64,000 nt of DNA from Nitrospirota bacterium. Its GTDB lineage: Bacteria > Nitrospirota > Nitrospiria > Nitrospirales > NS-4. The notes beneath the pieces are model-generated. The model saw nothing but the letters and a program-made list of their open reading frames with translations. It was not told the origin of the DNA and searched no databases. The first letter of the stretch is position 1. Every line of letters begins with the position of its first letter. The stretch lies in assembly GCA_963788195.1 (NCBI GenBank), contig CAWBGA010000017.1, forward strand, positions 192,001-256,000, in the 5' to 3' direction. This document shows, piece after piece, positions 36,017-47,189 of the stretch. The position numbers and the translations under genes are program-made.

Positions 36017-37108
36017 TTAGCCTCGCTGCTTCAACCAGTCTGCGATGAGCGGGGGGAGATCCCTTTGCACTTTACCGCTCACATACATGCCGATATGCCC
36101 GACAGGGAAAGACTTCACGGTGTAGTCGGTGCTTCCTACATGCGACCCCAACGCTACAGAGGAAGCCGGCGGCACCAGATGGTCCTGCTCAGCATAGATG
36201 TTCAGCACTGGTAGCTGAATGTTGCTCAGCGCCACGAGTTTCTCCCCGATCTTGACCTCTCCTTTGATCAGCTTGTTTGCCTGATAAAAATCTTTCATAA
36301 ACTGTCTGTACGTCTCTCCGGCCTGGTCGGGGCTGTCGAAAATCCACTCTTCCATGCGCAGGAAGTTTTGCAATTTTTCTTCATTGTCCAAGATATCGAT
36401 CATTTCGAGATACTTGCCGATGCCCAACTGAAAGGGTTTCATCATCAAGAAGCCCAAATTCATAAACTCACCCGGGATGTTGCCAAAGGCATCCACCAAG
36501 TCGTCAACATCCATGCCCGGCGTCCCGACTTCGCACCCCGCCCAGAGGTTCGGCAGGCCCTCCGTCACATGAAAATCGACCGGCGTCACCATCGTAACGA
36601 GGTTTTTTACCTTTTCCGGGTGCAGGGCGGTATAGCACAGACTGATGGTGCCTCCTTGGCAGATGCCCAGGATATTGATCGCATCCGCGCCATGACGCTT
36701 GCGGACGACATCGACACAATTGTCGATATATCCGTTGATGTAATCGTCGAGCGTCAGCCACCGATCCCCTCTGCCCGGGTAACCCCAATCAATCAAATAG
36801 ACATCCATGCCGAGTTTCAACAGGTTGCGCACCAGCGACCTGTCTTCCTGCAGATCGACCATGTACGGCCTGTTCACCAGCGCGTACACGATAAGAATCG
36901 GCACCCGAAAAGGCTGGTCCACCATGGGGCTATAGCGATACAGGACGAGATTCTCTTCCCGATAGACTTCTTCTTTGGGGCTTGCCCCGACCTGTATATC
37001 CTGCTTATGGATACGACCGAGATTCTCGATCCCCTTGAGAATCTTTTGGTTCAAGTCGATCAACTCACGAGTGGTATCATGTGGATTCAAAAGTGGAGGA
37101 AACGGCAT
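36017..37108 (-). CDS. phaC: Class III PHA synthase catalytic subunit
   Basis: 363 aa; YALVNRPYMVDLQ, lipase box GICQGG, DHLVPP, GHIG. Confidence 0.96.
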   Translation of the reverse strand: MPFPPLLNPHDTTRELIDLNQKILKGIENLGRIHKQDIQVGASPKEEVYREENLVLYRYSPMVDQPFRVPILIVYALVNRPYMVDLQEDRSLVRNLLKLGMDVYLIDWGYPGRGDRWLTLDDYINGYIDNCVDVVRKRHGADAINILGICQGGTISLCYTALHPEKVKNLVTMVTPVDFHVTEGLPNLWAGCEVGTPGMDVDDLVDAFGNIPGEFMNLGFLMMKPFQLGIGKYLEMIDILDNEEKLQNFLRMEEWIFDSPDQAGETYRQFMKDFYQANKLIKGEVKIGEKLVALSNIQLPVLNIYAEQDHLVPPASSVALGSHVGSTDYTVKSFPVGHIGMYVSGKVQRDLPPLIADWLKQRG

Positions 37109-37111
37109 CGC

Positions 37112-38254
37112 CTAGGCTCCTTGTCCTGTTGCCCCGGAGGGACTGTCCGCGCGCTCTCGCGGTGTCTTTTCGGAGAGGTCTGACGGCATTCCACCGTTCG
37201 CCTTGTGCTTGACCTGCTTGGGTGATTCTGCCTTGAGTGCCTGGAACGCTTTCTTAAGCTCCTTCACATCTTTGCGAAGCTCATAGATTCTTCGATAGGC
37301 CTCGTCCAATTCACTGCGTGAAGCGAGATGGCTGGCCTTCAAAAAAGCATCCACGATCTCACGTTCGCGAAGCCGGTAGGCTGTTGCCGTATTGACTAAA
37401 CGCCCCTGGATCTGAATGTATTCGGCCGAGCGAAATACGTCCGTGAAGACCTGGTCCACGGTTTCAATCCACAGAAGCAACAGCGTTTTGACACTCGGCA
37501 CAGTTTCACCCTTTTCAGCGAGCGTCACCAGCCGTCGCATAAACTCTTCGAACGCGCGAATCCATGTCTGGCCCAGTGACACCTGGTACTCGAAACCCGC
37601 CTTGCGGTAATCCAACCATGCGTCGAATCCCTTCAGCATATCCTCATTCATTTCGCGCGTGATGCCCAGGCTTGGGCCTTCAAGCATTCGACCGAACGTG
37701 CGCTCATAGGCATCCCAGTACAGCTTTTGCAACTCCATCAGCGCTGAACCATTACCGGTTGACGCCTGCCCGAAGTTCCACGGCGCCTGCTGCAACGACG
37801 TTGCCCAAGGCTGCGCCAGCCCCTTCCACTGTTCGTTGTAGAGCCGCCAGAGTTCGCCCGTATCTTGAACAGCCTTCTGTACCTCTTGCGGGAATTGGAG
37901 GGACTGCTGGCGCAAGCTCTCAGCGTAGCTTCGAAGAGCGGTTTGCGGGTCCTTACCGGACTCGCTCGTCGGGGTGATCGCCTTCCAAGCTCTCAGCGAG
38001 AGCTCGAGAAAACGGAGCATCTGGCCTTGACTGGCAAGTAGGCGTTCCGCCACATCTTTGGCGACCTGCTCGCCATCCGCAGGCCAACCCGGCACCCCTT
38101 CGGAAGCCGTTTCATATCCCTGCTTTGCTGCATCAGAAGACACGGGCGTCGGGGAGATAACGCCCGGCATCCAATCAGACCAGTTTTTCCACAGTTGCTT
38201 CTGGGTTTCGGCCAAGGCCTTGACCATCGCTTCGGTTTGCTCAGTCCACTGCAC
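37112..38254 (-). CDS. phaE: Class III PHA synthase subunit PhaE
   Basis: PSLGITRE, C-terminal LASRSELDEAYRRIYELRK; directly upstream of phaC; SD GGGAGG before GTG38254. Confidence 0.88.
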   Translation of the reverse strand: MQWTEQTEAMVKALAETQKQLWKNWSDWMPGVISPTPVSSDAAKQGYETASEGVPGWPADGEQVAKDVAERLLASQGQMLRFLELSLRAWKAITPTSESGKDPQTALRSYAESLRQQSLQFPQEVQKAVQDTGELWRLYNEQWKGLAQPWATSLQQAPWNFGQASTGNGSALMELQKLYWDAYERTFGRMLEGPSLGITREMNEDMLKGFDAWLDYRKAGFEYQVSLGQTWIRAFEEFMRRLVTLAEKGETVPSVKTLLLLWIETVDQVFTDVFRSAEYIQIQGRLVNTATAYRLREREIVDAFLKASHLASRSELDEAYRRIYELRKDVKELKKAFQALKAESPKQVKHKANGGMPSDLSEKTPRERADSPSGATGQGA

Positions 38255-38294
38255 GGCGTCCCTCCCCAATAATCCCGATGAGCGTGCGCTGCTA

Positions 38295-38774
38295 CTATGA
38301 CTTCTTGCGCGCCTGTCCCGCGTTCCGCAACCATTCCGTTTGGGCATCCTGTGCCTTCTGAATGGTCTCCTGCCAGCTCTGCAGGAATTTCTGCCCGTCC
38401 TGGGCCCAGTTCATCATGTTGGAAGCATCAAGCTTCTTGGCGAACTCGAACCAGTTCGCCCAAAGCTGCTTCTGCGTTTCCGTCAACCGCGTGATCAGGT
38501 CCTGTCCCTGCTTGGCCACCTCGGCGATCTCCTGAGGCGTGCCCTTGGTGTTCGCGAGACTCTCGGTCCAGCTGCGTGCTGATTCAACCTGAGAATCCAG
38601 AACCTTTTGTATCGTTTGGTTCCACGTCTCCACCGTCTTTTCCCAAACGGCGGTGGACGGAGACTTTCCGAAGCCCTGCATGGCTTTAACGGAGTCATCC
38701 CACATCTTCTTTTGCGCGTCAGTCCAGCTCTTCAACATGTCCTCAGATTGTTTCGTCCATTCCATCGTTTCCAT
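38295..38774 (-). CDS. Trp/Gln-rich helical protein, putative PHA granule-associated (phasin-like)
   Basis: Amphipathic repeats; located between phaB and phaE. Confidence 0.6.
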   Translation of the reverse strand: METMEWTKQSEDMLKSWTDAQKKMWDDSVKAMQGFGKSPSTAVWEKTVETWNQTIQKVLDSQVESARSWTESLANTKGTPQEIAEVAKQGQDLITRLTETQKQLWANWFEFAKKLDASNMMNWAQDGQKFLQSWQETIQKAQDAQTEWLRNAGQARKKS

Positions 38775-38845
38775 TCTCAATCTCCTTTGTGTGTTCTCTG
38801 TCTTGCCCCATCATGACTCCATCTGTCGGAGCCATTCCTTATCAA

Positions 38846-39598
38846 CTACATATAGAATCCGCCGTTGATGCCCAGGACCTGCCCTGTAATATACGAGGAT
38901 TTCTCATCCGCCAAAAAGACAATCGCTCTGGCAATCTCTGATGGCTCGGCCATCCGCCCGACGGGAATGCTTTCCAAAATCTTGTCCATCACGTCTTTGG
39001 GAATCTTCTCCGTCATCGCCGTTTTCACAAAGCCCGGAGCGACAGCGTTGACGGTGATGCCCTTCTTAGCCGTTTCCAAAGCCAGTGCCTTTGTGAAACC
39101 GATGATCCCGGCCTTAGCCGCGGCGTAGTTCGTCTGCCCAAAATTCCCCTTCTGCCCGACGACAGAGCTGGTGTTTACAATCCGGCCGTAGCCGCGTTCA
39201 AGCATCTGCCCGATCACCGCTCGTGAACAGTAAAAAACAGAGGAGAGATCCACGCCGATAACCTTGTCCCAGTGTTCAGGGGACATGTTTTTCATTGTCT
39301 TGTCGATCGTGATGCCGGCATTGTTGACCAGCACGTCGATGCGGCCGAAATCCTTGGTGGCCCTTTCAACGAGACTCACCGCCTCATCGTACCGTGAGAC
39401 ATCCGCCTTATAGAGATTTGCGCGGTATCCTTGGCTCGTGAGTTGCTTCAAAAAGTCTTCCGCGTCCTGATCGCTCTCAACAAGATAGTTCAGGGCTAGC
39501 GTCGCTCCCTCTTGAGCTAAGTGAAGGGAAATGGCTCGTCCGATTCCCCCCACTGCGCCCGTGACGAGAGCAACACGGTCTTTCAAAATAGTTCCCAT
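38846..39598 (-). CDS. phaB: Acetoacetyl-CoA reductase (SDR family)
   Basis: TGAVGGIG, NNAGIT, NFGQTNYAAAK; PHA gene context. Confidence 0.88.
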   Translation of the reverse strand: MGTILKDRVALVTGAVGGIGRAISLHLAQEGATLALNYLVESDQDAEDFLKQLTSQGYRANLYKADVSRYDEAVSLVERATKDFGRIDVLVNNAGITIDKTMKNMSPEHWDKVIGVDLSSVFYCSRAVIGQMLERGYGRIVNTSSVVGQKGNFGQTNYAAAKAGIIGFTKALALETAKKGITVNAVAPGFVKTAMTEKIPKDVMDKILESIPVGRMAEPSEIARAIVFLADEKSSYITGQVLGINGGFYM

Positions 39599-39655
39599 CT
39601 CAGATAACTCCTACGCAGTCACGGTCTCGACCGGACGAAAGTACAACCCGCTGCT

Positions 39656-40333
<678 letters not shown>

Positions 40334-40353
40334 ATTCAATCTCCTTCTGTCGA

Positions 40354-41530
40354 CTAGCAGAGTTCCACGGCAAGAGCGACGGCGCTACCGCCTCCGATGC
40401 ATAAGCTTGCAATGCCTCGCTTCCCTCCAGTGCGCTTTAACGCATGCAGCAGCGTGGTGAGAATGCGTGCGCCGCTGGCTCCGATTGGATGACCAAGGGC
40501 GACCGCCCCACCATGAATGTTCACACGATCAGGGTCCAGCCGGAGCTCTTTGATGGCCGCCATGGTCACGACCGCAAACGCTTCATTGATCTCATAGAGG
40601 TCGATTTGATCCGCATTGAGCTTCAATTTTCGGAGAAGGACTTGAATCGCCTCGACCGGTGCGATGGTAAACCATTCAGGGGCCAGGGCCTTTTGGGTGT
40701 ACCCGAGGATCCTTGCCATAGGCGTGACGTTGAGAGGCTGCAGCCGATCCTCCGCGACGACGAGCATGCCTGCTGCGCCGTCATTGACGCCTGATGCGTT
40801 TCCGGCAGTGATGGTCCCTCCTTCTTGAAAGGCGGGCGCCAACCCCCTAAGTTTGGCTTCATCAAAGCGCTTCAGCCGCTCATCCTGGAGTACGCGAGAA
40901 TGCGCGGTTTTTGCCCGGATCTCCACAGGCACGATCTCCTCGCCGAACCATCCTTGCTCCTGGGCTTTGAGCGCTTTGCGGTAACTGCGGGCTGCAAAAT
41001 CGTCTTGTGCTTCGCGCGAGAATTCATATTTTCCAGCACACAGTTCGGCGTACGAGCCCATGTGCGCGTCACCATAGGCATCCCAGAGTCCATCCTTAAT
41101 GATGCTGTCCTCGAGCTCGCCATGACCCATCTGATAACCAGACCTGGCTTTTTTCAACAGATATGGGGCTCGGCTCATGCTCTCCATCCCCGCCGCTACC
41201 ACCACATGGGCCGAACCTGATCGAATCGCATCGGCAGCTATCATCACCGCCTTAAGACCCGACCCGCACACTTTATTGACGGTTGATGGTATTCACGCTG
41301 TCAGGGAGGCCTGCGCCTTTCGCGGCTTGGCGCCCGGGGGCCTGTCCAAGTCCCGCAGATAGAACGTTCCCCATGACCACTTCATCAATTTTTCTGGGTT
41401 CGATTCCCGCCCGCCGGATAACTTCTTGAATCACGCAGCTTCCCAACTCGGTCGCGCTCATAGAACTGAGCGCGCCGTTCAGGTTGCCGATGGGTGTCCG
41501 CACAGCTGCAGCAATAAAAGACTCTTGCAC
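40354..41530 (-). CDS. phaA: Acetyl-CoA C-acetyltransferase (thiolase), copy 2 (frameshift ~41285)
   Basis: [32 protein letters not shown]. Confidence 0.9.
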
Positions 41531-41976
41531 GATGCCACCACCTTTCTTTATCTGTGTTAACGGTAAAGAATGACTGAGGTAATATTTGATATCCTTAACC
41601 TGTGGAACGGCAGCGGCCGCTCCCGCATTTTTGACAGATCGGCTTTCGTTACGAGTACGAGCTAGTTGGAAGTAGCAACGAGAGGACTGAGGAAAGCACC
41701 GAAGGCGAAAAGCACCGTCTTCCGGATGGCCTTGCCGATCAGATTCCCACTACCATTGCATCCCGTATACCGCGAAGGGGTAAATTTATCACGCGGCGCT
41801 CGAGAAACACAAGGGGTATTAAGAATCAACTTTCACGGGAAGAATGTCTCATTCGCTTCCCATGACATTAGGGCTATTGGACACCTTCCCTTCCCCATTA
41901 GGGTACGTCTTCCGTGCTCGGCCTCGCCTAGGCTCACGCGAATCATATCCTCTTTCCCTGGAGTGATCAGTTCAGA

Positions 41977-42348
41977 CTATGACGCTGCTCGAAAAACAGC
42001 GAGCAAATCACTCAAGGCCATCGTCTTGTTTTTTAACACGAGCCGCTCCGCCTTCAAATCTTCCATCGCGGCCGTCTTTTGAGATTCGTCTGTGAGACAC
42101 GTCGCCGCGAGTGAGAACACCCGATCACACTCCTGCTCAACCTTGCCCCGGACCACCGGGTTCACCGACAGAATCTCCATCATCTTGGCTCGGGTTGACG
42201 AGAGATGCGCCTGAAGTTCTTGCCGAGGAAAGTTTTGGCCTGCAGTCCCGTTCAGACAACGGTCCAGTTCTTGCGCCAGAAACACGTATAGCCTCACCAG
42301 GGTTTCAGTGATCTCGATATGACTGTTCGTCGTGAGTTCACCGTTCAT
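41977..42348 (-). CDS. Hypothetical helical protein (123 aa)
   Basis: Clean ORF with SD GGGAG; follows the CsbD-like gene. Confidence 0.65.
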   Translation of the reverse strand: MNGELTTNSHIEITETLVRLYVFLAQELDRCLNGTAGQNFPRQELQAHLSSTRAKMMEILSVNPVVRGKVEQECDRVFSLAATCLTDESQKTAAMEDLKAERLVLKNKTMALSDLLAVFRAAS

Positions 42349-42381
42349 TCTCTCGTCTCCCTCTTCCGAAAAGAACTCTTT

Positions 42382-42637
42382 TTAGAACCTGGAACCGACC
42401 TCTGGTTTCCATTTCGCGTAATATTCTGTATACGAACCGATCCACCTTGCATACCACAGATCAGCCCACTTATTGACCTCGTCCTTCGTCTTGCCATAAC
42501 GCCTTTCTATGGCAGTGTCAAAGGATGCCAGATTGCCTTCAATTTTCAGGAGATCCTCATCCGTAAGATTTCCCCCAGTGCTTTTTAAGATGTCCCTCAA
42601 GTTGCTCCCAGCTCGTTTTGAATTGTTCCTTGTTCAT
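42382..42637 (-). CDS. CsbD-like stress protein (frameshift ~42570)
   Basis: SD GGAGG; MNKEQFKTSWEQLEGHLKKHWG / LTDEDLLKIEG...IERRYG. Confidence 0.75.
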
Positions 42638-42715
42638 GACGGCCTCCTTTGCTTTGCTCAAGCTACAGCGAAAAGTGCAGAAAATTGAGCTCCTGCCACA
42701 CTGGGGAATGGTGCA

Positions 42716-42883
42716 TTAGGCAGCTCTCTTGATCGGCTCGGCGGATACGATGGCGTAGGGTCTGCGCATCAACGGAAGATCTTCTACGTGCAGCCGGCCC
42801 ACAAAGATTCCTTCGCCTCCACAATCTGAACACGACCAGCGCGGCGCGGTGCAATCACAGTCCCAGCTAATCTGAACTTCCAT
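42716..42883 (-). CDS. Small Cys-containing hypothetical protein (55 aa)
   Basis: SD AAGGAAGGA; MEVQISWDCDCTAPRWSCSDCGGEGIFVGRLHVEDLPLMRRPYAIVSAEPIKRAA. Confidence 0.55.
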   Translation of the reverse strand: MEVQISWDCDCTAPRWSCSDCGGEGIFVGRLHVEDLPLMRRPYAIVSAEPIKRAA

Positions 42884-43106
42884 TGTTCAGTCCTTCCTTG
42901 TCGCAGATTGTCTTGGGAAGCAGGAACGAGGAAATACGCCCGGATGGCGAGGAAGAGAACGGGCTACTGTTTAGACGTTCGAGCGCAAGGCAATATCTTT
43001 AATGCCCTAGCGCACGAGCGTACTCCACCGATATCTATTTTGCAAGCCGTAACCGCCAGCGCCCCTCAGCTCGTCGGCAAAGGTGTCACGAAAACGGCAC
43101 TTCCTA

Positions 43107-43700
43107 CTATTTCGGCTCCTCCTTTTTATCCTTGAAGGGACTGCCCGGAGGAGAGCCGCCGTGAGAGCGTCCCATCTCGCCTTGGCCTTTCATGCCGCTG
43201 CGGCTGCTACGGTGACCGCCCTGCATCTCATGCATCATCTTTTCATGTTCGGTCTTCTGTTTTTCGCGCTGCTCAGGGGTCAGGACCGCCAACACGTCAC
43301 GTTTGGTTTTGATGACCGCCATTCGCAGGGTGCTCCGCAGGGCTTCACTCTGTTTGACCTTTGTTTCCAACGCCGAAAGATCCGCTTTTTCGTCCTCCTC
43401 CAAAGCACCGAGTTCGGCGTCTGCAACCTGAATATCGGCTTCCGCGCGAATGCGCGAGCGGGTCAGATCCATTTGAAGAGTCTTCAGTTTGGTGATTTGA
43501 TCCGGACTCAGCCCGATCTCCTTCTGATGCTTGAGCAAATGACGGATCATGTGGCCCGCCGTCTGATGATGTGCCCCCATGGCAGATCCACGAGCGTAGG
43601 TCTCCATAGCAGCGTGTCCACCCTCCGCGCGAACAAGATCTGCAATTGGCAGAACCAGAAAAAAACCGAACGCGTATGCGGACAAAATCCTCAACAACAT
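43107..43700 (-). CDS. Spy/CpxP-family periplasmic protein
   Basis: Signal peptide; LSPDQ and LTPEQ motifs; His/Met-rich ends. Confidence 0.8.
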   Translation of the reverse strand: MLLRILSAYAFGFFLVLPIADLVRAEGGHAAMETYARGSAMGAHHQTAGHMIRHLLKHQKEIGLSPDQITKLKTLQMDLTRSRIRAEADIQVADAELGALEEDEKADLSALETKVKQSEALRSTLRMAVIKTKRDVLAVLTPEQREKQKTEHEKMMHEMQGGHRSSRSGMKGQGEMGRSHGGSPPGSPFKDKKEEPK

Positions 43701-44437
43701 CGCTGACTCCTTTCTAACTGAGGTCTGATCTTCATGGGAGGCTTTGACGGGAAGGCGTCAGACGAAGAGCGGCGAGCCGACCCGGGTTTCACCTGACGTC
43801 CCACCGTGTTCAGATAGCGCCAGTAATCGACCACAATGCCTGGCGGTACAGCCCCAAAGACGCCCTGAACAAATCCAGACTCGCTACGGACAATAAATTC
43901 CGGCTTCTCGAACATCACAGTAAACCGCTGCGGGGACACCGCGATCTCCGGATGCGCCCGATCATTTGTAGGGATGCCCGGCACAACATCCACGCCGTTC
44001 TTAAAATTGGACACGACAATATGCATCAGACGGCCGGTCACGAAGAGCGCCCCACCCGTCACTTCCCGTCTGACATCTGATCGTCGTTCTGCAACGTAAA
44101 AAACGATTCGGTCATGTGGCGTCGCCTGTTCAAAAGCCCGAACCAACGCGGGAACGACGCGAGGCAACCACTGAGAATCAAACAGAGGCAGCGGCTTTTC
44201 ACGTCCCGCCAGTAGATTTTGCAGCCATCCCGCCTTGTACTGGACTTGGACCTCCTTCAGAATCGCCCTAAGATCCTGCACGGTGAATCGTTGGGGATGG
44301 TCGTAAGCAGCCCCGGGATCCGACACGAGTTGGACGAGGATCTCATCTTCAACCGGCTGAACGTCGGTCGCATAGGGGACGCATGCAGAAAGACTCAATG
44401 CGAGAGCTCCCGCGATCCAGAGCGCTATGTGCTTCAT
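43691..44437 (-). CDS. Hypothetical lipoprotein
   Basis: Lipobox LSAC; overlapping start/stop with neighbours. Confidence 0.7.
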   Translation of the reverse strand: MKHIALWIAGALALSLSACVPYATDVQPVEDEILVQLVSDPGAAYDHPQRFTVQDLRAILKEVQVQYKAGWLQNLLAGREKPLPLFDSQWLPRVVPALVRAFEQATPHDRIVFYVAERRSDVRREVTGGALFVTGRLMHIVVSNFKNGVDVVPGIPTNDRAHPEIAVSPQRFTVMFEKPEFIVRSESGFVQGVFGAVPPGIVVDYWRYLNTVGRQVKPGSARRSSSDAFPSKPPMKIRPQLERSQRCC

Positions 44438-44943
44438 GCCACTTCCTTCACAGAAACCGTCATCTCAACGCGCTCTAAGGGATTGTCGTTCCCGTCCTTT
44501 CGGACCGCCAGGATTCTATCCACGGTGTCAAGTCCGCTTGCGACTTCGCCGAACACGGTGTATTGCCAGTCAAGGGATCCACAGTCATCGGCACAAATGA
44601 AAAACTGTGACCCTCCGCTGTTCGGGTCGTTCCCGCGAGCCATGGAGACGGTGCCGCGCCTGTGAGGACGGCTGTTGAATTCCGCAGGCACCGCATAGCC
44701 CGGCCCCCCTAATCCATGCGTGCCTCGATTTGTTCCTTTACTGTTTGGATCTCCCCCTTGAATAACTTTTAAGCCGGCGGGATTGACACGATGAAATGTC
44801 GTTCCATTATAAAATCCGATCCCCGCCAACTTCAAAAAGTTCTCGCAATGCCTGGGCGCAACATCGAAATAAAACCTCACCTCGATCTGGCCATACTTGG
44901 TTGTGATCACGGCCTTGGTATCTTTTTTCGCATACTTGTCCAT
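44434..44943 (-). CDS. Cyclophilin-type peptidyl-prolyl isomerase
   Basis: FYNGTTFHRV, IQGGDP, SMAR, GSQFFI, YTVFGEV. Confidence 0.93.
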   Translation of the reverse strand: MDKYAKKDTKAVITTKYGQIEVRFYFDVAPRHCENFLKLAGIGFYNGTTFHRVNPAGLKVIQGGDPNSKGTNRGTHGLGGPGYAVPAEFNSRPHRRGTVSMARGNDPNSGGSQFFICADDCGSLDWQYTVFGEVASGLDTVDRILAVRKDGNDNPLERVEMTVSVKEVA

Positions 44944-44955
44944 GTTGCGTGAGGC

Positions 44956-46005
44956 TTAATGCTGGGGACCAAGGATCCTCGGGGTGGTGCCGAGTCCTAG
45001 GTTGACAGGGCTCCAATGCGTCCCATGATCCTCAGTTTTAAATATACCCGAACTCGTGCCGGCATAGGCAAGCCCGTCCTTTCCGGCGGCGAACGATTGG
45101 ATAGAACGCTCAGACAGCCCGGCGTTGATTGGGAGCCAGGTCTTCCCACGATCGACGCTCCGATACATGCCCTGTCCGGTTCCGGCAAACCACGTGTCTC
45201 CCGTAATTGCCAGGGCCCGGATCGACGCATTTTCCACGCCTGTCCCCTGGGCGCGCCATGAGTCACCACGATCGCCGCTGACATAGACCCCATTGTCAGC
45301 GGTTCCGGCATACAGGCTTCCACGACCGTCTGCCACCAGGGCACGCACGAAGTTTTCCGGTAAACGGTCACGAGGATGCGATAACTGCGTCGCTGTAATC
45401 CGTATCCATTTCGGAAGTCCTGCGCGCTTTCGATAGATCCCCATGCCCGTAGTCCCTACGTACATGGTGCCTTCGGAATCGACGGCCAAGGCCCGGATCA
45501 GCAGATTCTTGAGTCCTTCATTATCAGCGACCCAGGTTTCGCCCCCGTTCGACGACCGATACACGCCGGAACCTGTCCCGGCATAAAGCGCTCCCTGATG
45601 ATGCACCAAGACATGGGTCTCCAGCCGCTCCAATCCGACATTCACCGGAACCCAGTTTTTTCCCTGGTTGTGGCTTCGGAAGATTCCTCCACGAAGCGTC
45701 CCCGCAAACACCATCTTGTCGGGGGTCACGGCTACAACATAGACAAAAGGATCGGTCAAACCGTCATTGGCTGCCTGCCAGGTCTTTCCGGCGTCGCTAC
45801 TCTTAAAGATGCCCGCGCCGAAACTGCCGGCATAGACCATCTCTCCATCGCCAAGGGCCACCGACTGGATGCTGACGAAGCTCGTGGCTCCCAGGCCGGG
45901 AATATCTCCGGGTCCGTTCTGTGCTGCCGCGGCGGAACCGAGACTGGACACGACGAATCCAAGAATGGCGATCCTGCCCGCCCTCTTGCTTAGGTGCCCT
46001 TTCAC
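44956..46005 (-). CDS. Exported BNR/Asp-box beta-propeller repeat protein
   Basis: Repeated YAGT..G.F.S.D.G.TW units; signal peptide. Confidence 0.85.
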   Translation of the reverse strand: MKGHLSKRAGRIAILGFVVSSLGSAAAAQNGPGDIPGLGATSFVSIQSVALGDGEMVYAGSFGAGIFKSSDAGKTWQAANDGLTDPFVYVVAVTPDKMVFAGTLRGGIFRSHNQGKNWVPVNVGLERLETHVLVHHQGALYAGTGSGVYRSSNGGETWVADNEGLKNLLIRALAVDSEGTMYVGTTGMGIYRKRAGLPKWIRITATQLSHPRDRLPENFVRALVADGRGSLYAGTADNGVYVSGDRGDSWRAQGTGVENASIRALAITGDTWFAGTGQGMYRSVDRGKTWLPINAGLSERSIQSFAAGKDGLAYAGTSSGIFKTEDHGTHWSPVNLGLGTTPRILGPQH

Positions 46006-46781
46006 AACACTCGCTTCCCCGCCGTACCAGTAGGGAGAACCACTTCGGCGCCCATGAGATCGCGAACCGGCGGCCGGCCGAAGACCTTCGCGCTGACGAT
46101 CCCGATCTCGTACAATAAAATCAGAGGTACTGCCATCAACAGCAGATTAAAGACGTCACTCGTCGGCGTCAGGATTGCGGCAATGATCAGGTTCAGCATG
46201 ATTGCGTACTTGCGGTAATGCCCCAACAATTCGGGTGTAACCAGGCGCAATCTCGACAGCAGCGTGAGGGCGAGCGGCAACTCGAAGGCCAGCCCGAAGG
46301 TTATAAGAAACTTCACATTGAAATCAACGTAGAAGCCCACGCCCAGTTGCGGCAGGAGTGCGCGGTCGATACCGAATTGCAGCATGAATTGCAGCGATAA
46401 CGGGACGATCACGAAGTTTGCGAACACAACCCCCAGGGCAAAAAACCCGAAGGCCACCGAGAGGAACGGAATTACATATCGTTGCTCACCCGGAAGCAAA
46501 GCGGGTGAGATGAACTTCCAGAGATGATAGAGGATGACTGGCATCGCCAGGACGAGTCCTCCAAGTAAAGCGACCTTGATTGAGGCGAAAATTGCTTCCG
46601 TCGGGGCATAAAAGATCAAGTCCTTGGAATAAGGTTTCTTCAGCCAGGCGATGATCTTGTCGGCATATGGGAACGTGACTAGGCATGCTGCGAGGAATGT
46701 TCCACCACACCAGTACAGCCGTCGTTTAAGGGAATAGATATGACGCTGCAGCGGCGTGCGTACGGGCTCTGATGCAGTCAT
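46002..46781 (-). CDS. tatC: Twin-arginine translocase subunit TatC
   Basis: PTEAI, WKFISPALLPGE, FGLAFELP, AAILTPTSD, LYEIGI. Confidence 0.93.
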   Translation of the reverse strand: MTASEPVRTPLQRHIYSLKRRLYWCGGTFLAACLVTFPYADKIIAWLKKPYSKDLIFYAPTEAIFASIKVALLGGLVLAMPVILYHLWKFISPALLPGEQRYVIPFLSVAFGFFALGVVFANFVIVPLSLQFMLQFGIDRALLPQLGVGFYVDFNVKFLITFGLAFELPLALTLLSRLRLVTPELLGHYRKYAIMLNLIIAAILTPTSDVFNLLLMAVPLILLYEIGIVSAKVFGRPPVRDLMGAEVVLPTGTAGKRVL

Positions 46782-46940
46782 TGGTATCCTATACTCACGC
46801 CGCATGCCTCAACTCGCCTGTCCCAAGCCCATGCGCTGCATAGGACAGAACCTGCCACACTGTTCGGGCCGACCCTGGCCTGTTCGGCTGACGCGCGACC
46901 TCCTTTAAGGAAGCCGCGCGCTTCTACAGGGTACCGTATT

Positions 46941-47189
46941 TTACGATCGGCCTGCCGACAGAGGCCGATTGTGCTTGAACTGTCTGACGATCTCAGCCAT
47001 TTTGTCTTTTGTCGCAAGCTTTTCAAACTGGATCTGTTTCTTCCGTATCTCCTCTTCGGGGGTCAGGATGTGGAGTTTGGCCAACTCCGCAAGCTGATCT
47101 TCCAGCCGCTGGTGGGTTTCCTCAAGTGCCTTGAACTCATGGTGCTCCTTGCGCACCGATTCAAGAACCGCCGGTTCTTCACTCAGCAT
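46941..47189 (-). CDS. DUF465/YdcH-like small coiled-coil protein (in frame with rimI)
   Basis: SD AAAGGAGG before ATG47189; EFKALEETHQRLEDQL...KLATKDKMAEI. Confidence 0.7.
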   Translation of the reverse strand: MLSEEPAVLESVRKEHHEFKALEETHQRLEDQLAELAKLHILTPEEEIRKKQIQFEKLATKDKMAEIVRQFKHNRPLSAGRS

